Assembly (NCBI GenBank): GCA_044866005.1
Contig: JBIOTN010000067.1
Coordinates: 4,899 to 68,898 of the forward strand
Source: Candidatus Rokuibacteriota bacterium
Lineage (GTDB): Bacteria > Methylomirabilota > Methylomirabilia > Rokubacteriales > DASRDR01
Direction of reading: 5' to 3'
Length of the DNA stretch: 64,000 nt
The notes below the pieces were generated by a model. It did no database searches, had not been told where the DNA came from, and worked only from the letters and a program-made list of their open reading frames with translations. Below, piece after piece: positions 59,902 to 64,000 of the stretch (the stretch's first letter is position 1; every line of letters begins with the position of its first letter). A program made the position numbers and the translations under genes.

Positions 59902-61230
59902 ATGAGACTGCGTGAATCCGATCCCGACGTATCCCGCATCCTCGAGCGGGAACGCGAACGCCAGCGCGAAGGCGTGGAGTTGATCCCCTCCGAGAACTAT
60001 GTGTCCGAGCCCGTGTTGGAGGCGATGGGGAGCATCTTCACGAACAAGTACTCGGAGGGATACCCCGGCCGGCGGTACTACGGCGGCAACGAGAACGTCG
60101 ATGACGTCGAGCGGCTGGCGCAGGAACGGGCGAAGACCCTCTTCGGCGTGCCCCACGCCAACGTGCAGCCCTACTCCGGGAGCCCCGCGAACCTCGCCGT
60201 GTACCTCGCGACCTGCCAGCCCGGGGACCCGATCATGGGGCAGAACCTCCCCGACGGTGGGCATCTCACGCACGGCTGGAAGGTGAGCGTCACGGGGATC
60301 TACTACCGCAGCGTCCCCTACCACGTGACGAAGGAAGGTTACATCGATTTCGACGAGGTCTGGCGGCTCGCCCGCGAGCACCGGCCGCGGCTCATCTGGT
60401 GCGGCGCGACGGCCTACGTGCGGGAGTTCCCGTTCGAGAAGTTCGCCGAGGTGGCTCAGGAAGTCGGCGCTTTCTTCGCCGCGGACATCGCGCACATCGC
60501 GGGGCTCGTGGTCGCCGAGGCGCACAAGAGCCCGGTGCCGTACGCGGACGTGATCACCACCACCACCCACAAGACGCTGCGCGGGCCGCGTGGGGCGATG
60601 ATCATGGTCACGCAGAAGGGGCTCAAGAAGGACCCGGAGCTCGCCGACCGGATCGACCGGGCGATCTTCCCGGGGCTGCAGGGCGGCCCGCACGACCACA
60701 CGACGGCCGGGATCGCGGCGGCGCTGGGCGAAGCGTCGCAGCCGTCGTTCCGGGAGTACGGCCGGCAGATCGTCGCGAATGCCAAGGTCCTCGCCGCCGG
60801 GCTGCTCCAGCGGGGCGTCCGGCTGGTGACCGGCGGGACGGACAACCACATGATCCTGATCGATCTCACCCCGGACGGACCGGGCCGCGGCGTGTTCCTG
60901 CAGGAGGCCCTCGATCGGATCGGGATCACGGTCAACAAGAACACGATCCCCGGCGAGCCGTCCTCGGCGTTCTACCCGTCGGGCGTCAGGCTCGGCACGC
61001 CGGCGGCGACGACGCGCGGCATGCGCGAGGCGGAGATGGATCAGATCGCGGCCTGGATCGCCGCGGTGGCGGACGAGATCAAGGCGTTTCAGCTGCCGGA
61101 GGGACGCGAGGAGCGGACGGCCCGGTTCCAACTGTTCCGTCGGGCGATCGAGGAGAATGCCCGGCTGGCGGCGTTGCGAGAGGCCGTGCGGAAGTTCTGT
61201 CTGAAGTTCCCGGTTCCCGGCACGACGTGA
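59902..61230 (+). CDS. glyA: Serine hydroxymethyltransferase
   Basis: Conserved SHMT sequence, TTTTHKTLRGPRG. Confidence 0.95.
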   Translation: MRLRESDPDVSRILERERERQREGVELIPSENYVSEPVLEAMGSIFTNKYSEGYPGRRYYGGNENVDDVERLAQERAKTLFGVPHANVQPYSGSPANLAVYLATCQPGDPIMGQNLPDGGHLTHGWKVSVTGIYYRSVPYHVTKEGYIDFDEVWRLAREHRPRLIWCGATAYVREFPFEKFAEVAQEVGAFFAADIAHIAGLVVAEAHKSPVPYADVITTTTHKTLRGPRGAMIMVTQKGLKKDPELADRIDRAIFPGLQGGPHDHTTAGIAAALGEASQPSFREYGRQIVANAKVLAAGLLQRGVRLVTGGTDNHMILIDLTPDGPGRGVFLQEALDRIGITVNKNTIPGEPSSAFYPSGVRLGTPAATTRGMREAEMDQIAAWIAAVADEIKAFQLPEGREERTARFQLFRRAIEENARLAALREAVRKFCLKFPVPGTT

Positions 61231-61268
61231 GCACGGTGGAGCCGACGGGACAGCCTAGGGAGGCACCG

Positions 61269-62381
61269 ATGACGACGGAGCTGCTGTCGCCCGGGGGGTC
61301 GATGGAGATGGTCCGGGACGCCCTGCAGGCCGGGACGAACGCGGTCTACGTGGGTCCCCTGGGGTGGAGCCGCCGTGAGGCGAGCTACGAGTTGCGGCAC
61401 GACCAGATCGGGGAGGCGGTGGAGCGGGCCCACGATCGGGGGGCGAAGCTGCGGGTGGCGCTGAACACGGACATCGACCCCGCCGACCATGCAGAACTGA
61501 TGCGGAAGGTCGAGTGCTACGCGGGGTGGGGGGTGGACGGCTTCATCGTCAAGTCACCCCAGGCCATGCGCGAGATCCACGCGCGCTTTCCGGAGATCAC
61601 GATTCACGCGAGCGTGGCCTGCAACATCCGCGACCGGGCGTCGATGGAGCGGGCCAAGGCGGCGGGGGCGAGCCAGTTCGTCGCGTCCACGGCGTTGAGC
61701 ACCTACGAGCGCATCGCCGCGCTGAAGCAGACGGCGGACGAGGTGGGGCTCGGCGTAGAGCTGCTGATCCACTCGAACCGGTGCGTGACGGGGGTGGGAG
61801 GGTGCCGGCTCTACGATTACTTCGCGCCGTACTTCGAGGCACAGGCGGTGGAGGACGTGGACGGCAGCCGGCGGACGAAGCTGGTCGGGAACCCGGACAA
61901 GGGGGGGGTGTGCTACCGGCCGTGCCTGGGGACCGGGGTGCCGGCGATCGCGGCGAAGTTTCCGGGGCGGGTGCTCGAGTACCTGGCGCGGTCGAACAAC
62001 GAGATCTACCACCTGCTGGAGGACGTGCCGCGCTACATGGCGCTGGGGGTGAAGACGCTGAAGATCCAGGGGCGGGAGTATCCGGCGGGGCTGATCGGGG
62101 AACTGACGCGGATCTACCGGCGGCTGATGGATCAGACGGCGGGCGGGGGGACAGCGGACGTGGCGGGGGCGCGCACGGCCCTGGAGCCGGTGCTGGCGGC
62201 GCGGGACGACTGCCGGCGGGCGAAGACGGAAAGCCTGCACCAGCGACTGCTGGCGCGGATGGGGGAGGCGCAGCCGGGGCCCACGACCGACTGGGACCCG
62301 GGCACCGAGGAAGCGCGGCTACGAGGAGCCGAGCGGCCCCTCGAGCTCCCCGGAGGGCCACCGCCGCACGGAGGGGCTTGA
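61269..62381 (+). CDS. Peptidase U32-family protein
   Basis: N-terminal ELLSPGGSMEMVRDALQAGTNAVYVG typical of the U32 family; GGGAGG RBS. Confidence 0.8.
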   Translation: MTTELLSPGGSMEMVRDALQAGTNAVYVGPLGWSRREASYELRHDQIGEAVERAHDRGAKLRVALNTDIDPADHAELMRKVECYAGWGVDGFIVKSPQAMREIHARFPEITIHASVACNIRDRASMERAKAAGASQFVASTALSTYERIAALKQTADEVGLGVELLIHSNRCVTGVGGCRLYDYFAPYFEAQAVEDVDGSRRTKLVGNPDKGGVCYRPCLGTGVPAIAAKFPGRVLEYLARSNNEIYHLLEDVPRYMALGVKTLKIQGREYPAGLIGELTRIYRRLMDQTAGGGTADVAGARTALEPVLAARDDCRRAKTESLHQRLLARMGEAQPGPTTDWDPGTEEARLRGAERPLELPGGPPPHGGA

Positions 62382-62705
62382 CAACCCTTCGACGCGCGTG
62401 CTATGCGATACACTCGGGTTACGCATCGCTCGACGAGCAACCCCGCACTAGATAGCTGAAATCAGCGATCTCCCGTAGCGTCCGTCCCGCCGGGCGAAGG
62501 AGGCGAGACAGGCCCAACAACATCGATTCCCTTCCGCGGCTCGGGCCACCCCGATTCCCGGGGACGTCGGACGCCGCGAATGCGATAGCCCGAACGGCGC
62601 TTCAGTCGAGCCCCTATTCCAGGTCGCGAGGAGGCGACGCGAGAGCAGAGGACGTCCCGCCCAGAGATTCAACGGCTCTGGTCTAGTGCAGAGAGGGAGG
62701 TCAGC

Positions 62706-64000
62706 ATGGCGAAAACCTATCCGGTGTTGTCCTGGCCCGCCGTACCGACGCCGACCCCCGACGACGTCTACAAGGGGGAGAGCGACAAGGCGAAGGAGTA
62801 CGCCCTGTGGCTGGAGGACAACCTCCGCCAGAGCAAGAACTTCGAGAAGCCCGAGGCGCTCAACAACATCCGCGTCCTGGACTGCACTTCCACGATGATC
62901 ATCGGCCACTGGTGCTCGTCGCTCTTCGCCGAGCTGGGGGCCGAGGTGATCATGGTCGAGCCGCCCGGTGGGGATCCTCTCCGCAAGCTCACCCCCTTCG
63001 GCCGGAAGGAGTACATGTTCAAGGACACCGCCAGCGGTGAGGAGGTGGGTGCGCGCTTCCTCGCGGAGGCCCGCAGCAAGCAGTCGATCACGCTGGACGT
63101 GGCCAAGCCAGACGGGCGCGAGATCCTCAAGAAGCTCGCCGCCCACGCCGACGTGATCATCGAGAACGCGCCCCCGGGGCAGTGGGACGAGTGGGGGATC
63201 GGTTATCGCCAGCTTTCCCAGATCAACCCCCGCCTGGTCTACTGCTGGGTCGGGCAGCTCGGCCAGTGGGGGCCGCTGAAGGACAAGCCCGGCAATCTCG
63301 ACCCCACCGCCCAGGCCGCCTGCGGCTTCGTTCACGGGACCGGCGCGCCCGTCGCGTTCGGGGGCACCCCCACCCGCTCCGGCTGGTGGATGTGCGACCA
63401 GGTCGGCGGAACCGGCGCGGCGATCGGGATCATGACCGCGCTCAACTACCGGGAGAAGGTCTCGGGCCGCGGCCAGTTCGTCGAGGCGACCGGCGCCGCG
63501 GGCGTCATCCGCATCCTGGACTACAACTGGGGCTGGTACGGGATCGACGGCAGCATCCGGCCCCGGTACGGCAACTGGGACCTCGCCATCTGCATCTACG
63601 CCGTGAACCCCTGCAAGGACGGCCAGATCATGGTGGGCGGCGGCCATGACCGGCTCTGGTATCGGATCTGGCGGACGGCGGGGAAGGATCGGCCGGAGAT
63701 CGAGCAGCACATCGTCGAAGACCCGAAGATGAAAGAGGTGACCAACCGGCTGCCGCACTACGCGCAAGTGGAGACCTACACCTCGCTCTGCGAGTGGATG
63801 AAGGACAACACCCGGTCCGAGGCCGAGACCAAGCTCCAGGCCGAAGAGGTGGCGTCGGGCGGCGTGTCCTTCATCGACGAGGTCTCCGAGTTTCCCCACT
63901 ACAAGTACCGGGGCCACCTGGAGGTCATCGACGACGTCTTCTACGGGAAGGTTCTGATCGGGGCCTCTGCCTTCATCGGCCAGCGGACGCCGGGCCGGGT
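62706..64000 (+). CDS. CoA-transferase family III (CaiB/BaiF-like), 3'-partial at the window end
   Basis: IRVLDCTSTMIIGHWCSSLFAELGAEVIMVEPPGGD motif. Confidence 0.75.
   Translation, partial: MAKTYPVLSWPAVPTPTPDDVYKGESDKAKEYALWLEDNLRQSKNFEKPEALNNIRVLDCTSTMIIGHWCSSLFAELGAEVIMVEPPGGDPLRKLTPFGRKEYMFKDTASGEEVGARFLAEARSKQSITLDVAKPDGREILKKLAAHADVIIENAPPGQWDEWGIGYRQLSQINPRLVYCWVGQLGQWGPLKDKPGNLDPTAQAACGFVHGTGAPVAFGGTPTRSGWWMCDQVGGTGAAIGIMTALNYREKVSGRGQFVEATGAAGVIRILDYNWGWYGIDGSIRPRYGNWDLAICIYAVNPCKDGQIMVGGGHDRLWYRIWRTAGKDRPEIEQHIVEDPKMKEVTNRLPHYAQVETYTSLCEWMKDNTRSEAETKLQAEEVASGGVSFIDEVSEFPHYKYRGHLEVIDDVFYGKVLIGASAFIGQRTPGR

Overview
High-GC (about 70%) bacterial chromosomal segment. Because of the GC content, both strands are full of long spurious ORFs. 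Real genes were called by recognisable protein families and start-site context, and GTG or TTG starts are common.

The flanks carry housekeeping genes: msrQ-like, a CrtI-family oxidoreductase, an RRM RNA-binding protein, a large adenylate-cyclase/AAA/TPR signalling protein, pdxS-pdxT, an acyl-CoA synthetase, then SOD, gcvT-gcvPA-gcvPB, glyA, a U32 peptidase and a CoA-transferase.

The middle of the window (about 20.5-49 kb) is a large copper/heavy-metal homeostasis and periplasmic thiol-redox island. It holds two P1B-type ATPases, three MerR-type regulators with 19-bp-spacer promoters (one carrying a CueR-like CCTTCC-N7-GGAAG box), two SCO1 proteins, a multicopper oxidase, a Csp-like four-helix-bundle protein, DUF411/CopG, Met-rich and YHS proteins, CcdA/TlpA/CcmG-type oxidoreductases, a VKOR, and a LolCDE-like ABC exporter. 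A MazF/RHH toxin-antitoxin cassette is inserted between ~73-bp direct repeats.

The most striking observation is a set of six in-frame TGA codons that sit exactly where a redox or metal-binding Cys is expected. The affected genes are an OsmC peroxiredoxin, a MerP-like HMA protein (CxxU), a thioredoxin-like protein (UxxC), a TlpA-like redoxin (UPNC), a DUF411/CopG protein (UxCC) and a BNR-repeat protein. Each TGA is followed 10-16 nt downstream by a GC-rich hairpin with a G-rich apical loop, which resembles a bacterial SECIS element. Cys-containing paralogues of the same families sit nearby. Together this points to a selenocysteine-rich copper/redox island. No selA, selB, selD or tRNA-Sec is present in the window.

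Several decayed genes are also present: two single-nucleotide frameshifts (Csp-like, MerP-like), a Zn-ADH deletion remnant and a TPP-enzyme fragment.
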